Below are positions 38,395 through 48,350 of a stretch of DNA of 64,000 nucleotides, piece by piece. The position numbers were made by a program, and so were the translations under genes. Under the pieces are notes generated by a model. It ran no database searches. It was given only the letters and a program-made list of their open reading frames with translations, and was not told the origin of the DNA. The stretch covers positions 1,017,546 through 1,081,545 of the forward strand of contig OY776215.1 of NCBI GenBank assembly GCA_963675495.1. The letters run 5' to 3'. How positions within the stretch are numbered: the first letter of the stretch is position 1; each line of letters opens with the position of its first letter. Source of the DNA: an uncultured Methanolobus sp. GTDB lineage: Archaea; Halobacteriota; Methanosarcinia; Methanosarcinales; Methanosarcinaceae.

Positions 38395-39606
38395 TTATTG
38401 TTGTTCTCTTTTCAGAATCAGACCCATCAGTGATACCAGGCCAATTGCCATGAATATGCTGAAGCCAGGTGTTTTATCAACAGGTTCAGATTCAGAATCA
38501 GGTTCAACTTCAGTTTCAATTGGCGTTTCTGCAGAAGCACCAATGCCCATGAACCCAAGATAGTTAGTATCGAATTTGATGGTCTTTGCTTCCATATCCA
38601 GTACTGAATCTTCTATTTCATTCCACTGTTCGGTTTCACGATCATATGAGAATGCTTTGAGAGTAAACTCATTTACCTGTCCGAAAGGAACACGGTGCTG
38701 GTCACCAATGAAATACGCTCCTGAAAGATCTTCACTGGTATATGATATGGTAACACTGGCTGGAACCTCAAGCACTTCTATTACAGGATTCGTGTATACA
38801 TCTACACCAACTATTATTGCATCAGTTCCCTCTGGTAGATTTGTTGGATCAGGTGTGGACATGTGTGACAGTGGTCGAATGAACACATTTGCAGTTTCAT
38901 AGAGTGATCCTTCCCTGAAACTGATCTTTGTATTCCTAAATTCTATATTACCACCTGCTGGTGCTATGGTGCCGTTACCAGTGCTTGCTTTTCGAATAAT
39001 GGTTCCATTCTTGGATTCATTTTTATCGCTAGCTGAAAGTGTAGCATTGTGATTCCCCGGACTTACAGGATCTTCCAGATTACCCGTATCTGTTCCATCA
39101 TTGGTATGCCTCATTCGCAACACATGGCCAAACTCATGCATAGCTACCACAACAGGATCAAGACTATTGTTTCCGGTTATGTTCCAACCGGATGGTGCTT
39201 TTCCATTCCACAGTTCATCAGAAAGGTTTGTGTCGAATACTATTGACAGGTTGGATATACGGCCATTGGCATCCCTTGAATTAAAATCAGTTGCATGAGC
39301 ACCACCTGAATTCTCCGATGCAGGTATGTCTTTCAATATGATGGTCACCTGACATGGAACTGTGGCACTTTCAGTTAGCTTCCATCCTGTTTCTGCATCA
39401 TTCCAGTTCTTTGCTGCATCTCTTGTCCAGTTCTTCCATTGGTCTGTCACGTTTGAATCAAAGCAATAGTGAACCTCTGTTTTATACTGGCTTTTGTTGT
39501 CTACTGTGACATTATGCCAGTCCCAGCTGTCATCAAATTCAGCACTAACAGGTAATGACATCACGATTAACCCCAATAGTACAAGTACTACGTATTTCAT
39601 TTTCAT
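38395..39606 (-). CDS. Secreted zinc metalloprotease-like protein with PGF-CTERM archaeal sorting signal
   Basis: Signal peptide MKMKYVVLVLLGLIVMSLPVSA, HExxH site (VAMHEFGHVLRMRH), and a C-terminal PGF + TM + basic tail (TPGFSIFMAIGLVSLMGLILKREQQ). Confidence 0.75.
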   Translation of the reverse strand: MKMKYVVLVLLGLIVMSLPVSAEFDDSWDWHNVTVDNKSQYKTEVHYCFDSNVTDQWKNWTRDAAKNWNDAETGWKLTESATVPCQVTIILKDIPASENSGGAHATDFNSRDANGRISNLSIVFDTNLSDELWNGKAPSGWNITGNNSLDPVVVAMHEFGHVLRMRHTNDGTDTGNLEDPVSPGNHNATLSASDKNESKNGTIIRKASTGNGTIAPAGGNIEFRNTKISFREGSLYETANVFIRPLSHMSTPDPTNLPEGTDAIIVGVDVYTNPVIEVLEVPASVTISYTSEDLSGAYFIGDQHRVPFGQVNEFTLKAFSYDRETEQWNEIEDSVLDMEAKTIKFDTNYLGFMGIGASAETPIETEVEPDSESEPVDKTPGFSIFMAIGLVSLMGLILKREQQ

Positions 39607-39856
39607 GTACAAATATCTCCTTTGAGTTAAATACCGGGTTTTGCATAGCAAACGCTGTTTCTGAGTAAGCAAACCCGCCCCATATTGAACATGAATAATA
39701 GCAATTTAAGTTATGTGGTCAACTTAGAAAATACTATGAAAAAGACTGTATGCTGATATCATCTACTTTACGAGTCATCATACCATAAAATGTACGATAT
39801 GTTTATACACTTTTAAAGAAGAGACCCGACAGGTTCGTAAAAATTTTGGTGATTCC

Positions 39857-40804
39857 ATGAGTCAAAAGCATTCTACAAAAGGAAAAAGAAAAACACCTGA
39901 AAAACAGAAAGTTAACATCAAAATGTTGCCACTTGTTCTGGGAGTACTACTTATGATAGCAGGTGTCATCGGAATAATTAGCAGTTCTGATGATCAGGCT
40001 AAGTGGTCTGTTTCCGACGAAGGTATTCTTTCTTACTCACAAATAGAAGATGGACAATACACTGTAGGCGAGGTTACAACAACAGACCACAATGACTCTG
40101 TTAAAGAGGTCACATTCAAAAGCAGGGACTCTGATATTGAAGGACTGATAAGGATACCTGAGTCAGGTACAAGTGTACCCGGTGTTGTGGTCCTTCCCGG
40201 AGCTGGTATATCCAAAGAACGACAAACTGCTGTTCCTGGGTTGCTCTCTGAATTGGGATATGCCTCCATAACCATTGACCAGAGGAATCTTGGTGGGATA
40301 GACCCGCAGACAGACCTTGAACTTTTCATAGATGGCGAGGAGCCAGTGGAATATATGATGATACATGATTCATTGGTGGCTGCAAATGTCCTTGGAGACC
40401 AGCCGGAAGTCAATGGCGAAAATATTGCAATGCTTGGACTTAGTAACGGTGGAAGGTTTGCCATAATCGCAACTGCGATCAACCCTGAAATAAAGGGTGT
40501 TCTGGCTATCAGTACAAGCGGATATGATACCGATACTATTCTTGTTGATGAAAACACAGACAAGGACGCATATCTGTTCTACAGGTCTATAGACCCTGAC
40601 AATTATCTGGATAAAATTACACAACGCAGGTTTGTCATGTTCCACTCCATCAACGACAGCATTATACCATATGAACTGGCACAACGCAGTTTTAACAAAT
40701 CACCGGAACCAAAGGCATTCTACAGCATTAATGGCAGTGGCCACGGATACAGCACACTTATGGACCCGGGAATTGAAACGGAACTTGAACTCATATTCCT
40801 ATAG
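39857..40804 (+). CDS. Membrane-anchored alpha/beta hydrolase (dienelactone hydrolase/peptidase S9-like)
   Basis: N-terminal TM anchor, nucleophile elbow GLSNGG, and C-terminal ...GSGHGY histidine region. Confidence 0.65.
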   Translation: MSQKHSTKGKRKTPEKQKVNIKMLPLVLGVLLMIAGVIGIISSSDDQAKWSVSDEGILSYSQIEDGQYTVGEVTTTDHNDSVKEVTFKSRDSDIEGLIRIPESGTSVPGVVVLPGAGISKERQTAVPGLLSELGYASITIDQRNLGGIDPQTDLELFIDGEEPVEYMMIHDSLVAANVLGDQPEVNGENIAMLGLSNGGRFAIIATAINPEIKGVLAISTSGYDTDTILVDENTDKDAYLFYRSIDPDNYLDKITQRRFVMFHSINDSIIPYELAQRSFNKSPEPKAFYSINGSGHGYSTLMDPGIETELELIFL

Positions 40805-40828
40805 CTTCAACCAGTTTAGAAAATAAAA

Positions 40829-40847
40829 ATGGGAAATAATTTCCCAT
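40829..40847. terminator. Hairpin ATGGGAAAT-A-ATTTCCCAT between convergent genes
   Basis: Inverted repeat read in the 67-nt gap between 40804 and 40872. Confidence 0.35.
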
Positions 40848-40871
40848 CTATCCACTTAGTTATTTATTTGT

Positions 40872-42023
40872 TTATTTTACAACAATGGTACCTTTTATTG
40901 CAGCATTGTTTGCCACACTGAATGTGTAAATACCAGGCTCCTCAAAGGTGTAAGTGAATATCTTACCGTAATAGATAGTCTGGTCATCCCACAATCCATC
41001 GTCACTTACAAGCACAACAGGAAACTTGGGTCTCTGTAGATTTCTCCAGGTAACAGTTTCTCCGGCATCAATTTCTATTGAACCGGGAGTAGCTATTCGA
41101 ATAAGAAGAAACTCATTGGTGTGATCTACAATCTGCTCACGCTCCATTGAACGGACAGGTTCGCCTGCCTCATCTCCCATCATCACTTCTGGACCTGGTG
41201 CCATCATAGCACCATTGGCAGGAGTATCAACTACCGATGTCATTCCCTTTTCTATAACCACAACAGTTCCTGTTATTGCTGGCTTATCCTGAGCTTGGAA
41301 TGTGTATGTGCCGGTTTCTTCAAAAGTGTAAGAGAATGCCTTACCATAGTAGATGGTCTGGTCATCCCAAAGTCCCTCATCACTCATAAGCACGACAGGA
41401 AACTTGGGTCTCTGTAAATTTTTCCATGTGACGGTCTCTCCTACATAGACTTCCAGTGCCGTTGGTGTTGCTACACGAACAATAAGGAAGTCATGTCCAT
41501 GCGCCATTGCCTGTTCCCGCTCAGGTCCCATCGGACTGACCATCCCCGTCCTATCCCTCATCACGGCTTCCGGGCCAGGTACCATCATACTCTCCTCTTC
41601 AGAAGTGTCGATAACAGATGACATTCTTTTTTCATTAACCACAACTGTTCCGCTTATTGCAGGATTGTCCATTGCGCTGAATGTGTAAGTACCAGGCTCT
41701 TCAAATGTGTAGGAGAATATCTTACCGTAATAGATAGTATGATCATCCCACAGTCCTTCGTCACTTATAAGCACAATCGGAAATTTGGGTCTCTGCAGAT
41801 TCCTCCAGGTTACCGTATCACCCACTGAGATCTCAATCGATTCAGGAGTGGCAACCTTGATCATCAAAACCTCATGTTTTTGTGAACTTGTTTCCACAGA
41901 TTTAACAGATAGGTCCGTGACACTCACATAAGGACCATCAGCAGCCGATGACACTGCTACTAACAAAGTAGATGCTGTTATGAATACAGCTATAACTAAT
42001 GCCATTGTTCTAATGTATTTCAT
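40872..42023 (-). CDS. Secreted protein with three tandem cupredoxin-like domains separated by Met/His-rich linkers
   Basis: Signal/TM MKYIRTMALVIAVFITASTLLVAVSSA after GGAGG. Three repeats with a 127-aa period (VGDTVTWRNLQRPKFP..EEPGTYTF...GTVVV). No Cys in the mature protein. Confidence 0.7.
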   Translation of the reverse strand: MKYIRTMALVIAVFITASTLLVAVSSAADGPYVSVTDLSVKSVETSSQKHEVLMIKVATPESIEISVGDTVTWRNLQRPKFPIVLISDEGLWDDHTIYYGKIFSYTFEEPGTYTFSAMDNPAISGTVVVNEKRMSSVIDTSEEESMMVPGPEAVMRDRTGMVSPMGPEREQAMAHGHDFLIVRVATPTALEVYVGETVTWKNLQRPKFPVVLMSDEGLWDDQTIYYGKAFSYTFEETGTYTFQAQDKPAITGTVVVIEKGMTSVVDTPANGAMMAPGPEVMMGDEAGEPVRSMEREQIVDHTNEFLLIRIATPGSIEIDAGETVTWRNLQRPKFPVVLVSDDGLWDDQTIYYGKIFTYTFEEPGIYTFSVANNAAIKGTIVVK

Positions 42024-42214
42024 AAGAAGATTCCTCCCTGAGTTCCCCTCCTCATATATATTTTGTACTCGATTCCATATAGCCAAAACCATAAGGATAT
42101 GACAAATGATGAATGAATATTCCAATGCTTTTAGAAAAGTAGAAAGCTAGAAGAATATGAAACATTTTTCCAATGATTATATATGCATTTAAAAGCAAAG
42201 TAGAATGGGGTTTT

Positions 42215-43084
42215 ATGCAGTCTTCTTTACTTGACACGTTATTCCTTTCTGAAAAAAGAAAGGAATTGTTACTGTTCCTGAAAGACGGTACAAAAAAATC
42301 GGATGACATAAAGGCAGCTTTTGATTTCCCCTGGAAGTCTATGATACCACAGATAAAGAGACTTGTCGAATGGGATCTGATAACCTACAATAAAGGTAGT
42401 TGTAACCTTACTATCATGGGCGATATCGTTGTCGAGAATATGGAACACTTCATGGGTACCCTGAAAACTCATGAGCAATACAGGAGCTACTGGTTGGAAC
42501 ACGACACTAGTCCTATACCAAAAGAGTTACTCTATAGAATAGGTGAACTTGGGCATTGTGAAATTAGTGAACCAACCCTCCCGAATATATTTGAACAACA
42601 GGAAGAGGTGCTAAAAAGGATAGATGGTTCACAAAGAATTATGGCTTTTGTTTCTGTATATCATCCTGCACAACTTATTATATTTTCTGAATTCATGGAA
42701 AATGGGACAAAACTTGATCTGATAATGACGGAAGAAGTCTACAAAACCATCAAGGGAGAGATACAACCAAACATCAGCATTCTTCAGAATGGGAATTCAA
42801 TTTTCACATCGTTGAAAAAGGAATATGAGAAAGAGATGGAGAATCTTTTCAAAGACCAAAAGTCGAGAATATTTATTTACAGAGACAGTATGAAACCTCC
42901 ATGCATCATTGTAACTGACAGATTTCTCTCACTGGCACTTCTTGACAATGAAGGGAGATATGATAATTCAAGTATCATAAGTTCCGAGTCTTCAGCAGTC
43001 TTGTGGGGAGAGAGACTTTTCAGCCATTATAGAGATAGGTCGGATAGACTGCCAGAAAAGGAAAGAGGTTCAATTAAAATGTAA
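42215..43084 (+). CDS. ArsR-type HTH + DUF1724 regulator (Msr-like family of Methanosarcinales)
   Basis: N-terminus LLDTLFLSEKRKELLLFLKDG.. and size match the HTH-DUF1724 family, which includes the MsrA-G methyltransferase regulators. Divergent from the cupredoxin-like gene. Confidence 0.6.
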   Translation: MQSSLLDTLFLSEKRKELLLFLKDGTKKSDDIKAAFDFPWKSMIPQIKRLVEWDLITYNKGSCNLTIMGDIVVENMEHFMGTLKTHEQYRSYWLEHDTSPIPKELLYRIGELGHCEISEPTLPNIFEQQEEVLKRIDGSQRIMAFVSVYHPAQLIIFSEFMENGTKLDLIMTEEVYKTIKGEIQPNISILQNGNSIFTSLKKEYEKEMENLFKDQKSRIFIYRDSMKPPCIIVTDRFLSLALLDNEGRYDNSSIISSESSAVLWGERLFSHYRDRSDRLPEKERGSIKM

Positions 43085-43441
43085 GAGGATGGACTGAATA
43101 CAGTCATCCAAAAAAGTGGGATATTTAATCTTTCAGATGTTACCGTTTTACCGTATACGTATGAAAGCCTGACCGCATGATGAATAAAAGCCCTGTTCTT
43201 CTTTTTGTAGACCAGATGTCTCATCTGCCATTGGAATTTGCAAGCGCACACCAGTATCATTTTTCTGTTTAGATCGCATTTCTGTAACCATAATTCACCC
43301 TCATTGCTCAAAGTATTCATTTTTTTAATACTTTTCATAGTATACTAATAATTATATATAAACTTTCTTTAGTTAGAACTCATGTTAAACGAATATAAGA
43401 TATATGAACGCTGCATTATTTTAGATAGATAAAATACCACA

Positions 43442-44170
43442 ATGTTTCAGAGACAGGATGAAGGCATGAAAGACAAAAAGATCAAAGGTGTCATTTTTGA
43501 TATGGATAATACACTTTTTGATTTTGTGAAAGCTAAAATAGCTGCCTGCACAGCCATTGTAGAGCACATTGGTACAGGTGACCCTCATGAACTCTTAGCT
43601 TATTTTCGAAGAGGTAAATATGGCTTTGAGGACATTGAAAACATAAGCGATTATCTTGTTGAATACAAAGTATACACTCAAGAGAGATTTTATGAATGCT
43701 GTACGATATACGAGAGAGAAAAGATTAGCACCATTGAACTTTATCCTGATGTAAAAAGAACAATGATCGAACTGAAAAGCATGGAGCTGAATATAGGTAT
43801 ACTAACAGATGCCGACAACATAAATGCAAGTAAGAGACTTAGAAAAGTTGGTTTGTGCGGATGTTTCGATTCACTTTTCACCTTTGATCAGACAGGATGG
43901 AAGAAACCTTCACATAAACCTTTCATGTATGCATTAGATTCAATGGGACTTAACGCTCATGAGACACTGTTTGTGGGAGACAGTCTCAGGCGGGACATTG
44001 AGCCTTCAAAACAGATTGGAATGCTGGCTGTCCACGCAATATACGGCGACTGTAATCCTTCAGTCGATAGCCAGCTTGTAGAAGAAATACCAGACCATGT
44101 GATCAATAAGTTCAGGGATCTGCTAACTATAATTCAAAATGGGAACAAGTATCAATATGACAGAATATGA
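43442..44170 (+). CDS. HAD-superfamily hydrolase
   Basis: Motif I FDMDNTLF, motif III/IV K..GDSLRRDI. An alternative ATG lies at 43466. Confidence 0.8.
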   Translation: MFQRQDEGMKDKKIKGVIFDMDNTLFDFVKAKIAACTAIVEHIGTGDPHELLAYFRRGKYGFEDIENISDYLVEYKVYTQERFYECCTIYEREKISTIELYPDVKRTMIELKSMELNIGILTDADNINASKRLRKVGLCGCFDSLFTFDQTGWKKPSHKPFMYALDSMGLNAHETLFVGDSLRRDIEPSKQIGMLAVHAIYGDCNPSVDSQLVEEIPDHVINKFRDLLTIIQNGNKYQYDRI

Positions 44171-45365
44171 TGTTGTTGTCGTCGGAGCCGGACCCATTGG
44201 CTCTACGGCTGCAAGATATGCCGCAATGCATGGCGCACGAACGCTGATGGTTGAAGACCATTCATTTATAGGAAGCCCCGTTGGATGCACAGGACTCCTG
44301 AGTACCCGGGCAGTCAGTGAATGTGACATAAAGCCATCGGATGATTTTGTACTTAATTCTGTAAGAGGTGCCTTTGTGCATCCAATGACCGGATCATGCC
44401 TCCCTATCGATGGCAAAAAGACGAAGGCATACGTTGTTTCCAGAAAGATATTCGACCGGCGCTTAGCTGCAATGACACTGGGGGAAAATGTGGACCTCTG
44501 GCTGAACTCAAAGGTGAATGCTATCGAAAAAGCGGACGGGAAACAAAAGGTATCCATAATCAGAAATGGGCAGCCTGAAACCATAAAAGCAAATGTGGTA
44601 ATTGGTGCAGATGGTGTTCGCAGCAAGGTTGCAAAGATGGCCGGACTTGGAAATGTAATTAAAGTATTGCCAGGGATACAGGCAGAAGTGCCTTATCGCT
44701 CAGATGACACGGATTTTGTAGAATTATTCGTAGGCTCACAGGCACCTGGTTTCTTTGCGTGGGCGGTTCCTGTGAACGAGAACATATCCCGCATAGGAAT
44801 GGCAATAGACCCCGGACACAGGAATGCTACAGTGGCAAAGCAGCTGCTTGATAAATTGCTGACAAATAACTCACACATTGCCTCAAGATATGGCGGTGGA
44901 AAACTTGACCTTGTGATGGGCGGAATACCACTTGGACCACTTGAGAAGACATATTCAGACGGAGTAATTGTTGTAGGAGATGCCGCAGGCCAGGTCAAAC
45001 CCACATCAGGCGGCGGAATATATACGGGTGCGGTCTGTGCGAAGATAGCAGGAGAAATCGCTGCCAGAGCTGTTATTGAAGAAAATAATTCAGCGAATTA
45101 CCTTTCAGAATATGACAGGAGATGGCGGGCTAAAATTGGGAAGGAGCTTGCCATGGGAATGAGGATACATCGGTTCATCGGCGGTCTTGAAGACAGTGAA
45201 CTCGATGGACTTATAGGCTCGATGAACAATCCAGCTATACTTGACACAATTACGCGCTATGGAGATATGGACCATCCATCAATACTCATAAAGAAAATGT
45301 TGCACCCTTCAAAGTCAGTGCATATGTTAAAGGTCTTCAGAGCATTTGCAAAAGCTGTTCTTTGA
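44157..45365 (+). CDS. Geranylgeranyl reductase family flavoprotein (digeranylgeranylglycerophospholipid reductase-like)
   Basis: YDVVVVGAGPIGSTAAR FAD motif and VVGDAAGQVKPTSGGGI motif; about 400 aa. Confidence 0.82.
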   Translation: MTEYDVVVVGAGPIGSTAARYAAMHGARTLMVEDHSFIGSPVGCTGLLSTRAVSECDIKPSDDFVLNSVRGAFVHPMTGSCLPIDGKKTKAYVVSRKIFDRRLAAMTLGENVDLWLNSKVNAIEKADGKQKVSIIRNGQPETIKANVVIGADGVRSKVAKMAGLGNVIKVLPGIQAEVPYRSDDTDFVELFVGSQAPGFFAWAVPVNENISRIGMAIDPGHRNATVAKQLLDKLLTNNSHIASRYGGGKLDLVMGGIPLGPLEKTYSDGVIVVGDAAGQVKPTSGGGIYTGAVCAKIAGEIAARAVIEENNSANYLSEYDRRWRAKIGKELAMGMRIHRFIGGLEDSELDGLIGSMNNPAILDTITRYGDMDHPSILIKKMLHPSKSVHMLKVFRAFAKAVL

Positions 45366-45381
45366 ATGAAAAGTGCTCAGC

Positions 45382-45894
45382 CTAATAGATGCTTACACCC
45401 TTTACAGAATCGAGTTTGAGCAATTCTTCTACGATGCTGCCTGGAACCTTGGTATCTGTGATGATAGTGAGCTTTGGTTCGGTGACGAAAAAAGGATCAT
45501 CTGATACTGCTTGCCTGATACTGATGTTGTGCTGTGATATAACTGTGGATACCTCAGAGATTATACCTTTGTGAGAAGCATCATCCGGTGATATTATAAC
45601 GACACCCTGTCCCATCAGGGGTGCCACATCACGAAGGAAGGGTATGGATCTGACATTCTGGAAGATCTTCTTTAGCAGTTCGTCGGAAAGTATTACCTCA
45701 GTAGTTGAATCCACAACACGCCGGTCAACACCTGCTTCCCTGGCAAGCTGTGTATGAGCTATCTCTATTGCACCAGAGGTAACCTTACCATCATCATTGA
45801 CCTGAAAACCACGTTCAAAAAGAATCTTTAATACCTTTTGCTGGGCGGGGTATTTTTCGAACTTACTGAGTAATGTGCTCCACATATTAATCAT
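45382..45894 (-). CDS. ACT-domain regulator-like protein (archaeal COG2150-type)
   Basis: About 170 aa, with an N-terminal wHTH-like part and a C-terminal ACT-like part (GIISEVSTVISQHNISIRQA). The start may be 45894 or 45885. Confidence 0.5.
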   Translation of the reverse strand: MINMWSTLLSKFEKYPAQQKVLKILFERGFQVNDDGKVTSGAIEIAHTQLAREAGVDRRVVDSTTEVILSDELLKKIFQNVRSIPFLRDVAPLMGQGVVIISPDDASHKGIISEVSTVISQHNISIRQAVSDDPFFVTEPKLTIITDTKVPGSIVEELLKLDSVKGVSIY

Positions 45895-46148
45895 GTAATC
45901 ATTTAAATTATAAAGATTTACGGTTAAGTTAATGTGGTTCAGACTAATCAAATGTACAAAAATTATGAAAGAAAAGACATTTTAAGTATAAGGTCGTTTA
46001 TGACAGTCTACAATTCATCTTTCAATAAAGATAATAATCCGGAGTAAAATCACTTTCTTATGTGATTTTGGAATATTGATATTAACTCATTTCTACAATT
46101 GATCATAAACTCCGGGATCTTTACGATTTACACCAAAGGAGGTATTTA

Positions 46149-47504
46149 ATGAAAATATACAAGGATTATGAAGACCTTCCAAAAATAAAATTGCCACTTG
46201 GGCAAGAGGTTTCTATCAGCGACAGCACAATCAGGGACGGGGCACAGATGCCTGGTATTGTGATGAAGAGCCAGCAGAAATTTCAGATATACAATTACTT
46301 GCACGATATAGGAATTGAGAAGCTTGAGACATTCGTTTACAACGACAGGGACCGAAAAGCTATCAAGCTCATGATGGATCAGGGATATGAATTTCCGGAA
46401 ATCACCGGATGGGCACGTGCAAACCCTGCTGATATAGACATGGTCCTCAACATTGACGGCATAGAAGAAACCGGCATCCTCATGTCAGTTTCTGATCCGC
46501 ATATCTTCGATAAGATGGGGCTTCCTACCCGTGAGGCAGCAGAAGAAAAATACCTCAATACGCTTCAGTACGCAGTGGACCATGGTCTTCGCACAAGGGC
46601 ACATATTGAGGATATGACCCGTGCAGACAATTATGATTTCACCTTCCCCCTAATTAAGAAGATAATGGACATTGACCCGGATTGTACCATACGCATATGT
46701 GATACTATCGGATTTGGCGTACCATTTGTTGATGTTGACGAACCATTCGGAATACCGACCATCGTGAAACACCTCAAAGATGAACTCAATGTCAAGAATA
46801 TTGAGACACACTGCCATGATGATTTTGGTCTGGCTGTTGCTAACTCCATCTCAGGGTACTGGCACGGTGCCAACTGGTCAAACGTAACTTTCCTGGGAAT
46901 CGGAGAAAGAGCAGGTAATGCGGAAATGGAAAAGCTCCTGCTGTTCCTTGCAAGGCGTATAGAAGGATTTGACAAATATAACCTTGAATCCCTTGTCGAG
47001 TTTGCAAAATTCATGGAAAGGGAGATTGGTATTCGCATCCCAAGAAACAAGTCTGTTATCGGGAAAAATGTATTTGCCCACGAATCAGGCATTCACTCTG
47101 CAGGTGTCATCAAGAACCCATTCACATACGAACCCTATCCTCCTGAGATCGTTGGTGGGAAGAGGATATTCCTCATAGGTGATTCATCTGGTATCGAGGT
47201 TCTGAGATACAAGGTTCAGGAAACACTGAACGAACTAATGGATGTACAGATAGAGATCGGTAAAGATGACAAGCGTCTGCGTGCTATCCAGACAGACATT
47301 CAGAAGCTCTATAATGATGAGAAAAGAGTTTCCTGCATATCTGACGAAGAGATCATGGCTTACGTGAAGAAGTATTTCATGTTCAACTCCATAGTAAGTA
47401 AGGATATGCACCGCAACGACGAAGATGATGAGAACGGTGACAATGAGGTTGAAACTGACAACCTTGGTAATACGAAAGCTCGTATGCATGACATTATAGA
47501 CTAA
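46149..47504 (+). CDS. Homocitrate synthase / 2-isopropylmalate synthase / citramalate synthase family (HMGL-like) enzyme with acidic C-terminal tail
   Basis: DSTIRDGAQMPG, HCHDDFGLAVANS, HESGIH motifs. The substrate cannot be assigned from sequence alone. Confidence 0.8.
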   Translation: MKIYKDYEDLPKIKLPLGQEVSISDSTIRDGAQMPGIVMKSQQKFQIYNYLHDIGIEKLETFVYNDRDRKAIKLMMDQGYEFPEITGWARANPADIDMVLNIDGIEETGILMSVSDPHIFDKMGLPTREAAEEKYLNTLQYAVDHGLRTRAHIEDMTRADNYDFTFPLIKKIMDIDPDCTIRICDTIGFGVPFVDVDEPFGIPTIVKHLKDELNVKNIETHCHDDFGLAVANSISGYWHGANWSNVTFLGIGERAGNAEMEKLLLFLARRIEGFDKYNLESLVEFAKFMEREIGIRIPRNKSVIGKNVFAHESGIHSAGVIKNPFTYEPYPPEIVGGKRIFLIGDSSGIEVLRYKVQETLNELMDVQIEIGKDDKRLRAIQTDIQKLYNDEKRVSCISDEEIMAYVKKYFMFNSIVSKDMHRNDEDDENGDNEVETDNLGNTKARMHDIID

Positions 47505-47547
47505 GACAAAATCAGACAAGCAAACTATTGTGTTTGTAACTTATAGA

Positions 47548-47569
47548 TATGGTGGAGATTTCCACCATA
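47548..47569. terminator. Hairpin TATGGTGGA-GATT-TCCACCATA between convergent genes
   Basis: Inverted repeat read in the gap 47505-47595. Confidence 0.35.
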
Positions 47570-47595
47570 CAATTATTTCGCTATGAAAAAAGATA

Positions 47596-47790
47596 TTACT
47601 TGGTTCCTTCAGGATCCTTTATCTCAATTATATCCGCTACGGGAGCATTCTTTTTTACGGATTCAATTCCATGCATACAAGCAGCTTTGCTCGAATATGC
47701 CTGACCTGTTGCGATTACTTCTCCGTTTGGAGCTTTTAGCCTGAATCTGTATTTTCCAATCTTGTCTGTGAACACTTCAAATTTTGGCAT
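47596..47790 (-). CDS. DUF1508 (YegP-like) protein
   Basis: 64 aa: FEVF.DK.GKYRFRLKA.NGEVIA.GQAYSSK..C..GIESVKKNA is the YegP repeat pattern. Confidence 0.7.
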   Translation of the reverse strand: MPKFEVFTDKIGKYRFRLKAPNGEVIATGQAYSSKAACMHGIESVKKNAPVADIIEIKDPEGTK

Positions 47791-48350
47791 TTTATCACTT
47801 TCTCCTTTAATTCAAAATTGGGAAAATATACACTAACAATATTCTCCCCCAATAAACATTATAAGTGTCTATTAAAAAAGTTTGTGATTTTATGCACTAG
47901 TTGAATGGACATTCCAAAGTTGTTGCATGCAACACAAAACGTGAAAATAGATAATGAAATAAAAAGAAAATAAAGGAGATGAAGATTCATCCGGCATCGA
48001 AGTATTGAGATATAATAACGAGAAAAGAGTTCCGGCATAAAGACATTAGAATTGAATACATTGATTCTTCAAAGTTCCGAAAGCACCTATTGAACATCAC
48101 TGCATTTCAAATATTATTGAAACCGTCACCTTTAAATATAGATTAATTAATTATATATTATCGGTTTTGTAAGAATACTCCAATACCGCGCTGATGAGTT
48201 TCATGAGATATTAAATTTGGTAAAAATGAAATGCTCGAACTTGATTCGAATCCCACGGATACCATTGTCCAGAAACATCATTTGGATTGAGACTTGCTTG
48301 GACAGCTATGGAAAAGCTTGGTGAATTAACAACAAACAGAGGATATTAAA

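Noticed and set aside
43027-43338. 103-aa minus-strand ORF in the gap after the Msr-like regulator gene.
   Set aside because: It overlaps the regulator's 3' end and has no recognisable motif or signal and an unconvincing composition. It might be a small gene or a remnant, but I cannot support it.
48186-48270. A CTGATGAG string (hammerhead-like core) and a TTCGAATCCCAC string (tRNA T-arm-like) in the long intergenic region before fmdE.
   Set aside because: The CTGATGAG string has no flanking helices or GAAA element to complete a hammerhead. The T-arm-like string has no complementary T-stem 5' half or cloverleaf. Both are probably chance matches.
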